Part shown: piece after piece, positions 55,087-64,000 of the stretch | How positions within the stretch are numbered: position 1 is the first letter of the stretch | Layout of the letters: the number at the start of each line of letters is the position of its first letter | From: Candidatus Thioglobus sp. | Lineage (GTDB): Bacteria; Pseudomonadota; Gammaproteobacteria; PS1; Pseudothioglobaceae | Assembly: GCA_028352435.1 (NCBI GenBank) | Contig: JAOMMB010000002.1 | Span: 8,539 to 72,538, forward strand | DNA length: 64,000 nucleotides | Reading direction: 5' to 3' | Notes under the pieces: model-generated | What the model was told of the DNA's origin: nothing | Databases searched by the model: none | Seen by the model: the letters and a program-made list of their open reading frames with translations, nothing else | Position numbers and translations under genes: made by a program

Positions 55087-55725
55087 CTATACGTATTCTT
55101 CGATAAACTCTCTAAATTTCTTATGTGACATAATCTGTGTACCATCACAGTTAAATGACATAGAGATAGTGGAGTTAAATAAATTGATCACAGCTGAACG
55201 CAAATAATAACCATCTAAATTTCTCAGTGCTGGAATGTGCTCAACAATATATCTAAGTTCAGTTTCATCAGTCAATTGTTTCATATCTTTACTGCGCTGA
55301 TGAAAAGCAGCCTGCCAATCGTCAGACAAATAGCCAAAGGCATGATCATGCTCAAGCATTTGATAATAACGCCTAATTAGAGCCTCTTTTTCGTCCAGGG
55401 CGATCATGCCAAAGTGATTAAAGACATAATCAGGCACGAGCAAATCTTCAGCAAGATGAATCTCTACATTGAACGGGTCAAAAACTGAAGAAGTTTTGAT
55501 TTCACCATTATTCAAGCCGATAACAATTCGATAAATACCTGTAGACAAAAGCAAGAATAAAACCACATCCAAAAGCTCTTCAATATTGTCATCAACGATA
55601 CTTTGGGTACGCTCACGATTATAAACGCTGTCTTTTAAGCCTTCATCTCCCTTAACACTTCGCATTAAGTTATCGTCAAACCCGTATCCGACCAAGGCGC
55701 TTTTTTTATTATCTCCAGTATTCAT
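55087..55725 (-). CDS. Hypothetical protein with internal duplication
   Basis: 212-aa ORF between truB and purD; no recognised domain. Confidence 0.75.
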   Translation of the reverse strand: MNTGDNKKSALVGYGFDDNLMRSVKGDEGLKDSVYNRERTQSIVDDNIEELLDVVLFLLLSTGIYRIVIGLNNGEIKTSSVFDPFNVEIHLAEDLLVPDYVFNHFGMIALDEKEALIRRYYQMLEHDHAFGYLSDDWQAAFHQRSKDMKQLTDETELRYIVEHIPALRNLDGYYLRSAVINLFNSTISMSFNCDGTQIMSHKKFREFIEEYV

Positions 55726-55740
55726 ACGCTAAATTATAGA

Positions 55741-56652
55741 TTAAACAAAAAGACGTTTGGGTGCAATGACACCATCTTGTGACAATTCTCCCACCCCTAA
55801 AAACTCATGATCTGGGCCAAACAATTTAACTGTATGCTGATCTCCCAGTTGATCTGACTGAACAGCTCGTCCGAATTTAATGTCAATGGTTTGTTGTGCG
55901 TCTAGCGAAGCATCTTGAATATTGGGCAACATATTCTCACTGGGGAAAATATGCGCATCTAGCTGTTGATAGTCTTCAGTAACGAGCGCCTCTAATTCAC
56001 AAAATTTAATGGTTTGACTAATGTCAAGATGTGCAAATCCTGTGCGTCTCAGCTCAATAACATGAGCGCCACAACCTAGCTTGTCACCAATATCTTGAAT
56101 TAAACTTCGAATATAAGTGCCTTTAGAGCAACTAACATCTAAAGTCATAACACCTTGTTCATAGCTAATAAAATTAATATCGTGGATTGTCACTGGACGA
56201 GCAGGGCGCTCAATCTCAATACCTTGTCGAGCAAGTTTATATAAAGGTTGTCCATCTTTTTTGAGTGCTGAATACATCGGGGGTACTTGCAAAATATCGC
56301 CCTTAAAACTCAAGGCTACCGCCATGATTTCATCTTGATTCAGCTGCTTAAATGGTTGTGTTTTAATCACGACACCTTCGCAATCGTAAGTGTCTGTGTT
56401 TTCACCTAATTTACCGCGCACAAAATAGCGCTTATCATCATCTAATAAAAATTGAGCTACCTTGGTTGCTTGTCCCAAACAAATCGGGAGGATGCCACTA
56501 GCGAGTGGATCTAGACTACCCGTATGGCCGGCTTTTTTAGCAAAAAAAAGTCGTTTAACTTTTTGTAAAGCGGCGTTTGAACTTAGGCCAGTGTCTTTAT
56601 CTAGCAAGACAATACCATTAATATCTCTACCTTTAGGGTTGCGCCTTGACAT
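55741..56652 (-). CDS. truB: tRNA pseudouridine55 synthase
   Basis: KAGHTGSLDPLA, PPMYSALK, CSKGTYIR. Confidence 0.97.
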   Translation of the reverse strand: MSRRNPKGRDINGIVLLDKDTGLSSNAALQKVKRLFFAKKAGHTGSLDPLASGILPICLGQATKVAQFLLDDDKRYFVRGKLGENTDTYDCEGVVIKTQPFKQLNQDEIMAVALSFKGDILQVPPMYSALKKDGQPLYKLARQGIEIERPARPVTIHDINFISYEQGVMTLDVSCSKGTYIRSLIQDIGDKLGCGAHVIELRRTGFAHLDISQTIKFCELEALVTEDYQQLDAHIFPSENMLPNIQDASLDAQQTIDIKFGRAVQSDQLGDQHTVKLFGPDHEFLGVGELSQDGVIAPKRLFV

Positions 56653-56660
56653 GGCTAAAC

Positions 56661-56999
56661 TTACAGTTTAGAAAGTAGATCATCGATTCTTGCACCGTTA
56701 TTAGGTGCAGGATCAAAAATGAACCTCAAAGCCGGTGTATGACGCAAGTCAACTGTTTTTGATAGACGTGATCGAAAAAATCCAGCGGCCTTATTAAGCA
56801 GTGGTTCAACAGCTGCCTTATCCTCTTCGGATGCAGTATAGAAGACCTTTGCAGCGCTCAAATCACGACTGGTTAATACGTCAGTAATGACAACACTAGA
56901 TAGTCTAGGATCTTTAGTTTCGTTCTTTAATAAGGTCACTAATTCACGACGAACTAGCTCGTTAATGCGCTCAATTCTAAAGGAATCTTTTTGTTCCAT
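56661..56999 (-). CDS. rbfA: Ribosome-binding factor A
   Basis: KDPRL, SRDLSAAKVF, LRHTPALRF; follows infB. Confidence 0.95.
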   Translation of the reverse strand: MEQKDSFRIERINELVRRELVTLLKNETKDPRLSSVVITDVLTSRDLSAAKVFYTASEEDKAAVEPLLNKAAGFFRSRLSKTVDLRHTPALRFIFDPAPNNGARIDDLLSKL

Positions 57000-57004
57000 A
57001 AGTG

Positions 57005-59446
57005 TTATAAGCTACGTGCAGTTTCAACACGTTCAAAGACTTCAATTTGATCGCCTGGCTGAACATCGTTATAACCTGCAACACCAATACCACACTCAGT
57101 ACCAGATTTAACTGATTTAACATCATCCTTGAAACGTCTTAATGACTCTAATTCACCTTCGAAGATCACAACACTATCACGTAGAACACGAATCGGTAAG
57201 TCTTTTTTAACTGTGCCTTCTTCAACCATACAACCGGCGATATCGCCCAATTTTTGTGATCTGAATACATCCTTCACATTTGCTATACCAATGATGTTTT
57301 CACTCAATGCAGGGCTTAACAAGCCGCTCATGATAGCTTTAACATCGTCGATTAAGTTATAAATAATTGAGTAATATTCAATGCGAACACCTTCACTATC
57401 TGCTGTTTTACGAGCAACTGCGTCAGCACGAACATTAAAGCCAAGTACTAAAGCTTCTGAAGTTGCTGCTAAGTTAATATCAGTATTATTAATACCACCA
57501 ACACCACTCGACACCACTTTTACTCTAACTTCATCAGTTGATAATTCTTCTAAAGCCTCAATCAGCGCTTGAGCTGAACCACGGACATCAGATTTAAGTA
57601 AAACGTTAACTGTTGAAACATGGCCTTCTTCCATTTTTTGTAAGAAGTTCTCCATTTTGTAAGCTTGTTGTCTTTGTAGTTCCGCTTCACGTTCTTTAGC
57701 TTTTCTAAAGTCGGCAACTTCACGAGCCTTGCGCTCACTTTCAACAACCAATACTTCGTCACCAGAGTTTGGAACCCCAGATAATCCTAGTACTTCAACA
57801 GGTGTAGATGGGCCAGCTTCTTTAAGCACCTTACCTTGATCATTCACAATTTGCTTAACCTTGCCGTACTCTAAACCAGCAATCATAATATCGCCTTTCT
57901 TTAAAGTGCCAGACTGTACTAAGATTGTCGTCACCTTGCCACGGCCTTTCTCTAAACGAGCTTCTAAAACGGTGCCGTTTGCTGGCGCATCAATTACTGC
58001 TGAAAATTCTAATACTTCTGCCGTTAACGTAATCGCTTCAAGCAATGCATCAATACCTTCACCAGTATGAGCTGATACTGGAACCATCATCACATCACCA
58101 CCCCAGTCTTCTGAGATTACATCATGGGTTGACAGAACTTGCTTAATTTTTTCTAAATCTGAGCCTTCTTTGTCAATTTTGTTAATAGCAACAATAATTG
58201 GTACTCCTGCTTTTTTAGCATGCTTAATAGATTCAATCGTCTGAGGCATAACACCATCATCCGCAGCCACAACCAAAATAATAATATCAGTTGCGTTAGC
58301 GCCGCGTGAACGCATTTTTGAGAATGCCGCATGTCCTGGAGTATCAATAAACGTAATTTTGCCATTATCAGTATCAACTTGATACGAACCAATATGCTGA
58401 GTAATTCCGCCAGCTTCTCCGTCAGCTATCTTAGCTTTACGAATGTAGTCCAATAGAGAAGTTTTGCCGTGATCAACATGGCCCATAATAGTAACCACAG
58501 GTGGTCTAGCGCTTTGATCGCCAGTTGTCTTTGACTTTTCAATTAATGTGTCTTCAACAGTTTCTTCAACGCTAACAACACCAGTATATCCCATTTCCTC
58601 AACTACTAATAGAGCCGTGTCTTGGTCAATCACATCATTTAGTGTGGCCATTACGCCCATACCCATTAACACTTTTAAGACTTCGCCAGCCTTGGTCGTC
58701 ATTTTCTGGGCAAGATCACTTACTTTGATATTTTCTGGAACAGCAATATCATGCATGACTTTTTCAACAGGCTTTTGGAAGCCATGCTGAGCTTGCTCTT
58801 CTTGAATTTTTTGACTTAATCGAGTCCTGTCCTTCTTTTTCAGTTTACGGTTTGGATTGTGTCTAGCTACATGGAGTTGTTTGCGACCTGGTGCTTTGTT
58901 ATTAGTCGTAGCTCGTTGTCTCTGAGGTTTTTTCTCATCTGTTTGCTTCTCTTCTTTGACAGCTTTAGCAGGCTTTTCTTCCGTTTTTACAGCTTCCTTC
59001 TCTTCACTAACCGCCTCTTTTGGAGCCTTTAAGGCCTCGGCTTGCTCTTTTTGTAAACGCGTCATTTCCAAACGTTTTGCATCTTGAGCTAATAATTTCT
59101 CATCTGCATCACGTCCCGCATCAAGAGCCGCCTGTGCTGCTTGTGCTGCTTCATTAACAACGGTCTCTGTTTCAACAGCTACTTGCTTAACACGCTTTTT
59201 CTTAATTTGAACTTGAACGCCGCCACTTTTCCCACTCGTGGTTTTGCTACTAGGCTTACGTGAAACCGACATGCTAGATTTGCTTGAAGAGCGCTTAGAC
59301 AAGCTACCCATCAGAACCTTTCTTTCCTCGGCGGAAATATCAGAATCTGCTTTTTTACCCTCAATTCCGGCATTCGTCAGAATTGTGATTACCTCATCGG
59401 GTGTCTTTTTCAGTAGTTTGGATAATGTTTCAACTGTATGTGCCAT
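57005..59446 (-). CDS. infB: Translation initiation factor IF-2
   Basis: [27 protein letters not shown]. Confidence 0.98.
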   Translation of the reverse strand: MAHTVETLSKLLKKTPDEVITILTNAGIEGKKADSDISAEERKVLMGSLSKRSSSKSSMSVSRKPSSKTTSGKSGGVQVQIKKKRVKQVAVETETVVNEAAQAAQAALDAGRDADEKLLAQDAKRLEMTRLQKEQAEALKAPKEAVSEEKEAVKTEEKPAKAVKEEKQTDEKKPQRQRATTNNKAPGRKQLHVARHNPNRKLKKKDRTRLSQKIQEEQAQHGFQKPVEKVMHDIAVPENIKVSDLAQKMTTKAGEVLKVLMGMGVMATLNDVIDQDTALLVVEEMGYTGVVSVEETVEDTLIEKSKTTGDQSARPPVVTIMGHVDHGKTSLLDYIRKAKIADGEAGGITQHIGSYQVDTDNGKITFIDTPGHAAFSKMRSRGANATDIIILVVAADDGVMPQTIESIKHAKKAGVPIIVAINKIDKEGSDLEKIKQVLSTHDVISEDWGGDVMMVPVSAHTGEGIDALLEAITLTAEVLEFSAVIDAPANGTVLEARLEKGRGKVTTILVQSGTLKKGDIMIAGLEYGKVKQIVNDQGKVLKEAGPSTPVEVLGLSGVPNSGDEVLVVESERKAREVADFRKAKEREAELQRQQAYKMENFLQKMEEGHVSTVNVLLKSDVRGSAQALIEALEELSTDEVRVKVVSSGVGGINNTDINLAATSEALVLGFNVRADAVARKTADSEGVRIEYYSIIYNLIDDVKAIMSGLLSPALSENIIGIANVKDVFRSQKLGDIAGCMVEEGTVKKDLPIRVLRDSVVIFEGELESLRRFKDDVKSVKSGTECGIGVAGYNDVQPGDQIEVFERVETARSL

Positions 59447-59501
59447 AATGCTTGCCTGTTTTTATAATGATTAAATGAACGTTTCTTACTAATATCCGTT
59501 A

Positions 59502-60977
59502 TTAATCAAACCACCCTTCGTTTTCTCTTGCTGTCATGATAACACCTGAGGCCTTTTCTTTGTCCATAACTTGAATCTCAAGCAATTCACCAATAGACAA
59601 CTCTGCTAGCTCATCTACCGTGGTGATCTCTGCTTCAATTAAAGCCTCTGCCAAATCGGCGTCCACACCCTCAACACTGCTTAATGCTTCAGAAGCATCG
59701 GCATCGCCTAGGGCTTGCACTAACTGCGCATCCGCAGCTCTCTCTTGTAATTCTTCAACCATCGTGGCATCAAACTCTTCAATTCCTTCTAGAAGTGCGA
59801 CATCTGCATCTGCAATATCATCAACACTCGTAAAGCCTTCTTCTAATAGTACGCTGGCTACTTCACTATCAACACCTAGCTTATCTGCCAGTTTAGCACT
59901 CGCTTTTTGCGTTTCTTCAGCTTGCTTTTCATTAGCATCTTCGATTGACATAACGTTTAGCTTCCAACCCGTTAGGCGCGCTGCTAATTTAATATTTTGA
60001 CCACCACGACCGATCGCCAAAGCTAGTTGATCTTCGTCAACTGCGATATCCATTGAGTTACGATCTTCGTCAACAACAATAGAACTTACTTCTGCTGGCG
60101 CCATTGCATTAATAGCAAACTGTGCTGGATCTTCATCCCATAGGATGATATCAACACGCTCTCCATTAAGCTCATTTGAAACCGCCTGAACTCGTGCGCC
60201 ACGCATACCAATACAAGACCCGATTGGATCTAAGCGCTTATCTTTCGCTTTAACTGCAAGCTTTGAGCGTAATCCAGGATCTCTAGCGCAACCCATAATC
60301 TCAATAACACCTTCAGATATTTCTGGTACTTCCATTTCAAATAACTGAATCATCATTTCTGGAACAGTACGAGATAAGAAAATTTGCGCACCACGAACCG
60401 ATGATTTGACTTCTTTAATATAAGCTCTCAATCGATCATTTTTACGGACTGACTCATTAGGAATTAAGTCAAACTTAGAAATCATGCCATCAACGCCACC
60501 CATGTCAACATAAACATTGCCACGATCAACACGCTTCACAGTAACCATGATGACCTCACCAACACGCTGAGTGTAATCATGAACAATAACTTCTCTTTCC
60601 GCTTCGCGAACTTTTTGAATAATAACTTGCTTAACAATTTGTGCTGCAATACGACCAAACTCTTCAGTTTCAATTGGTTCACGCACAAAATCATCAACAG
60701 CAACGCCATTAGAATCTTTTTCATAAATATGCAACTCTGAATCAAATGGCGTACCATCATCATCCACAAAGTTTTCTTTATCGTCGATTACCATCCATTG
60801 TCTGAATGTGTGAAATTCACCAGTTTTACGGTCAATTTCTACATGAGCATCAATCTCTTTACGTTTTTTTGTAGCGACTGCTAGCGCTTCTTCTAATGAT
60901 TCAAACACATCCTCTTTTGAGATGTTTTTTTCATTAGAGATTGCCTCAACTATCAAAAATAATTCTTTACCGTCCAT
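59502..60977 (-). CDS. nusA: Transcription factor NusA
   Basis: FGRIAAQ, EVPEI, ARDPG, AIGRGGQN, acidic C-terminal repeats. Confidence 0.98.
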   Translation of the reverse strand: MDGKELFLIVEAISNEKNISKEDVFESLEEALAVATKKRKEIDAHVEIDRKTGEFHTFRQWMVIDDKENFVDDDGTPFDSELHIYEKDSNGVAVDDFVREPIETEEFGRIAAQIVKQVIIQKVREAEREVIVHDYTQRVGEVIMVTVKRVDRGNVYVDMGGVDGMISKFDLIPNESVRKNDRLRAYIKEVKSSVRGAQIFLSRTVPEMMIQLFEMEVPEISEGVIEIMGCARDPGLRSKLAVKAKDKRLDPIGSCIGMRGARVQAVSNELNGERVDIILWDEDPAQFAINAMAPAEVSSIVVDEDRNSMDIAVDEDQLALAIGRGGQNIKLAARLTGWKLNVMSIEDANEKQAEETQKASAKLADKLGVDSEVASVLLEEGFTSVDDIADADVALLEGIEEFDATMVEELQERAADAQLVQALGDADASEALSSVEGVDADLAEALIEAEITTVDELAELSIGELLEIQVMDKEKASGVIMTARENEGWFD

Positions 60978-60986
60978 GTATTTCTC

Positions 60987-61448
60987 CTAAAAATCAGCGA
61001 TCAAATTCGCTTTTTCAATCATATCAATATCCAATGTAATTGGACCTAATTCTGTTACTAACTCAATGGTATGGTTCACTTCACTAACACTACCAATTGC
61101 CCCTTTAAATTTACGCTGACCATTAATTGGCCTAACTAAACGTAGGCTAACATCATTGCCCAAAAAACGCTGGTAGTGACCAATATGAAACAAGGGTCTT
61201 TCAATGCCAGGTGATGATACCTCTAAATTATATTGGCTCGCAATTGGGTCTTCCACATCGAAAATCGCGCTTAATTGGTGTGATACTTTTTCACAATCAT
61301 CAATACCAATACCATTATCTGTATCAATAAAAACTCGCAAAATAGTGTGCTTGCCACCAGCAGCATATTCTACACCCACTAATTCATAGCCCATATCTTC
61401 AAGTACAGGGTTAATCAAATCAGTAATTTTTTCTGTTATTTTTGCCAT
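60987..61448 (-). CDS. rimP: Ribosome maturation factor
   Basis: LRVFID, DDCE-x-VS, LEVSSPG-x-x-RPL. Confidence 0.96.
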   Translation of the reverse strand: MAKITEKITDLINPVLEDMGYELVGVEYAAGGKHTILRVFIDTDNGIGIDDCEKVSHQLSAIFDVEDPIASQYNLEVSSPGIERPLFHIGHYQRFLGNDVSLRLVRPINGQRKFKGAIGSVSEVNHTIELVTELGPITLDIDMIEKANLIADF

Positions 61449-61477
61449 TTATTTTGCTTCTATTAACCTTTGTCTGC

Positions 61478-61552
61478 TTAGCAAAAATCTATCTGAGCAA
61501 CTAAGGTGCTCGCTTATTTACTTAGCGCCGCTTACAGCCTAATTCTTGCTAA
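61478..61552. repeat. Imperfect palindrome in the rimP leader, degenerate ERIC-like core
   Basis: TTAGCAAAAAT/ATTCTTGCTAA arms; core TCGCTTATTTACTTAGCGCC. Confidence 0.4.
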
Positions 61553-61571
61553 TCGTTTTTTTCTACATAAC

Positions 61572-61598
61572 AAAAACCCCCTAAAAAGGGGGGTCTTT
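61572..61598 (-). terminator. Terminator after initiator tRNA
   Basis: C5/G-run stem followed by a T-run on the minus strand. Confidence 0.7.
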
Positions 61599-61640
61599 GC
61601 TTGCTCTAATGATCATAAAAAGACCAAAAAAGACTTAATT

Positions 61641-61717
<77 letters not shown>

Positions 61718-61783
61718 CTAAAGTGGCGTGATTATATGCTGTTATTGGACACTTGTCTAGTCTAATTTACGATTTTACCACTA

Positions 61784-62068
61784 TTAAAAATGAGATTGCT
61801 TAACGCCACTAACGCCATGCACAGTTATAATATAACCCCTAGAAAGTAAATGTTTAACGTAGAGTCGATTATAGGTAAAGAAAAATACAATATTAGCTAA
61901 GCCTAAAGTCAAAACACATAAGGGAAACATCAGTGCAAAAGACTTCCAGTCACGACGATAGATGGCGGGGCAAAAAAATAAACACAGTGATGTCCAAGAG
62001 AAGCCCACAGGCGCAATCTTGACTTCTTTAGTTTCTGGGTGTTCTAATGTTAGGGTTGAATATGCCAA
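61784..62068 (-). CDS. Small membrane protein (DUF2628-like), TTG start
   Basis: GAGGAG SD; APVGFSW..FF-x-PA-x-x-R-x-DW and YN..Y...L...GY pattern. Confidence 0.7.
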   Translation of the reverse strand: MAYSTLTLEHPETKEVKIAPVGFSWTSLCLFFCPAIYRRDWKSFALMFPLCVLTLGLANIVFFFTYNRLYVKHLLSRGYIITVHGVSGVKQSHF

Positions 62069-62177
62069 GCTATTTATTTCTCCTCAAGTTTTTTATTCTA
62101 ACATGTTTTATTCTGATTTATCAACAACTTAAGTCAAGCTTTGGCAAATTGGGCATACATAACCTATAATATCAACC

Positions 62178-63128
62178 ATGAAACCAATTAAACTTGCCGT
62201 CGTGATGGATGACATCAAAGACATTAAACCTTATAAAGATTCCTCTTTAGCAATGATGATAGAAGCAACGAAACGAAACTGGGAAATCTACACCTTTGAC
62301 ACCCAGAATATGTTTGCAAAAAACGCAAAGATGTTTGCCACTTGTGCCAAAACTCAAGTTTTTGATCATGCTCAACATTGGTTTGATAAAGAAGAGGAAG
62401 TCGAGTTGCCACTTGAGAGTTTTGATGTCATCCTTATGCGCAAAGATCCACCTTTTGACATGAGCTATATTTATGCTACTTATTTTCTTGAGCAAGCTGA
62501 GAAAAAAGGCGTGTTGGTCGTTAATAAGCCTCAATCTTTAAGAGATGCCAATGAAAAACTTTTTGCACTTAACTTTCCACATTGTATCGCCAAAACATTG
62601 GTTAGTAGTAGCCAAAATCAACTAAAAAAATTCATTGAAGAACAAGGGGTCAGTGTCGTTAAACCTTTAGACGGCATGGGTGGAAAAGACATCTTTAAGC
62701 TCGAACAAGGTGATGATAATATTACTGAAGTGTTAGATTATCTAACCCATCATGGCAGCTCGCCCATTATGGCTCAAGAATTTTTATCAGAAATATCCCA
62801 AGGTGATAAACGCATTTTGCTGATTGATGGCCAGCCCATTGATTATGCGTTAGCACGCATGCCTGCTGAAGGTAGCTTTAAGGGTAATTTAGCTGCGGGT
62901 GCAACTGGCGTTGGCCAGCCATTAAGTAAAAGAGATCGCTACTTGTGCGACCAAATTTCACCCACCCTAAAAGACAAAGGACTTATGTTTGTTGGGCTGG
63001 ATGTGATTGGTGACTATATCACCGAAATTAATGTCACTAGCCCAACTTGTATTCGTGAACTAGATACTCAATTTAATCTTAATATTGCTGGCGTTTTATT
63101 TGATGCGATTGAACAAAAACTTAATTAG
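62178..63128 (+). CDS. gshB: Glutathione synthetase
   Basis: KDSS, MRKDPPFD, KPLDGMGG, GDKRILL, EINVTSPT. Confidence 0.97.
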   Translation: MKPIKLAVVMDDIKDIKPYKDSSLAMMIEATKRNWEIYTFDTQNMFAKNAKMFATCAKTQVFDHAQHWFDKEEEVELPLESFDVILMRKDPPFDMSYIYATYFLEQAEKKGVLVVNKPQSLRDANEKLFALNFPHCIAKTLVSSSQNQLKKFIEEQGVSVVKPLDGMGGKDIFKLEQGDDNITEVLDYLTHHGSSPIMAQEFLSEISQGDKRILLIDGQPIDYALARMPAEGSFKGNLAAGATGVGQPLSKRDRYLCDQISPTLKDKGLMFVGLDVIGDYITEINVTSPTCIRELDTQFNLNIAGVLFDAIEQKLN

Positions 63129-63513
63129 ACAAAAAATATCTAGTCAAAGCAACACCTGAACCTGCCGCTATTAAAGACAGCACCACATTAAATGAGATGT
63201 TGATTCCAGCCTGACCATAATGACCTAAGCTAATCATCTCTACCGACTCCCAGGACAAGGTCGACATAGTGGTTAAAGAACCCGTTAAGCCAATTAACAA
63301 CATGAGCCTATAAACTTCATTTAAGGCTGCTTTTTCTATAACAACCACCACCAAAATACCTGCCAAGAAAGAGCCAATAATATTGGCGCTCAAGGTGCCA
63401 TAAGGAAAAGCGGACCCCATCGTGGCATTCATAAATTGAGTTAAATAATAACGCAAACTAGCGCCGATAGTGGCACCGATGCCGATGGCTAAAACAGTGG
63501 GCAATAATGTCAT
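63121..63513 (-). CDS. crcB: Fluoride channel FluC/CrcB
   Basis: GA-x-x-RY, FPYGTL-x-AN-x-x-GSF, G-x-x-G-x-LTT-x-S. Confidence 0.9.
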   Translation of the reverse strand: MTLLPTVLAIGIGATIGASLRYYLTQFMNATMGSAFPYGTLSANIIGSFLAGILVVVVIEKAALNEVYRLMLLIGLTGSLTTMSTLSWESVEMISLGHYGQAGINISFNVVLSLIAAGSGVALTRYFLSN

Positions 63514-64000
63514 AATTTTCCTCGTATTTTTCTAAGTTTTTCTGCGATTTTAATCTCTAACCCTCGATCAGTGGGCTGATAGTAGCTCGACTCACCCAGT
63601 GCCTCTGGGAAATAAGTTTGACCATGACTAATACCATCTGCCTCGTCGTGAGCGTAGCGATAATCTTGCCCATAACCTAAATCACTCATGAGTCCTGTTG
63701 GTGCATTACATAAATGTTTTGGCACAGGCAAGTCATGCGTTTCGTGAGCCTCGGTCATTGCCTGGTTAAAGGCTTTATAAAGCGCATTAGACTTAGGTGC
63801 AATGGCGCAATATACAGCGGCTTGAGCAATAGCGCGATTACCCTCTTTATCGCCTAATCGGTCATACACATCCCAAGCATTTAATGAGATTTCAAGCGCT
63901 CTTGGGTCGGCATTGCCAATATCTTCTGAAGCAATAGCTAACAGACGTCTGGCGATAGTTTTGGGATCGCAACCACCTACTAGCATTCTTGCCATCCAAT
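63510..64000 (-). CDS. rarA: Replication-associated recombination protein A, 5' part outside window
   Basis: IARRL..ASEDIGNADP, APKSN, VP-x-HL-x-NAPT, Y-x-YAHD. Confidence 0.95.
   Translation of the reverse strand, partial: WMARMLVGGCDPKTIARRLLAIASEDIGNADPRALEISLNAWDVYDRLGDKEGNRAIAQAAVYCAIAPKSNALYKAFNQAMTEAHETHDLPVPKHLCNAPTGLMSDLGYGQDYRYAHDEADGISHGQTYFPEALGESSYYQPTDRGLEIKIAEKLRKIRGKL

Noticed and set aside
63510-63600. Fluoride riboswitch before crcB
   Set aside because: crcB start overlaps the rarA stop; no leader or aptamer motif

Overview
Core-genome window (AT-rich, densely coded) of a chemolithoautotrophic sulfur-oxidizing gammaproteobacterium; gene content is consistent with the SUP05/Ca. 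Thioglobus group (inference). It carries the sulfite-oxidation genes sat-aprM-aprB-aprA next to a pyrophosphate module (PPi-type pfk, adk, an unknown HIT-like enzyme, membrane H+-PPase), the Calvin/glycolytic operon tkt-gap-DUF302-pgk-pyk-fba, a split lpt locus around thiE/mreB/bactofilin, polA-argS-addA, ccoGH, dapD, mnmG-rsmG, the metY-rimP-nusA-infB-rbfA-truB operon, two tRNA-Met(CAT) genes and other housekeeping genes. No transposase, integrase, prophage or CRISPR array was seen. Three CDS missing from the ORF track were read by hand (partial TRIC-family gene, rubredoxin, 55-aa lipoprotein). The best leads are: a 387-aa HIT-like enzyme inside the PPi/AMP/APS cluster, three unknown genes behind aprA, an LptC with a triplicated 59-aa unit, a HeH/LEM-like tail-anchored protein, ERIC-like palindromes, and a recurring leaderless-promoter architecture. 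All family calls are by motif recognition without database searches.
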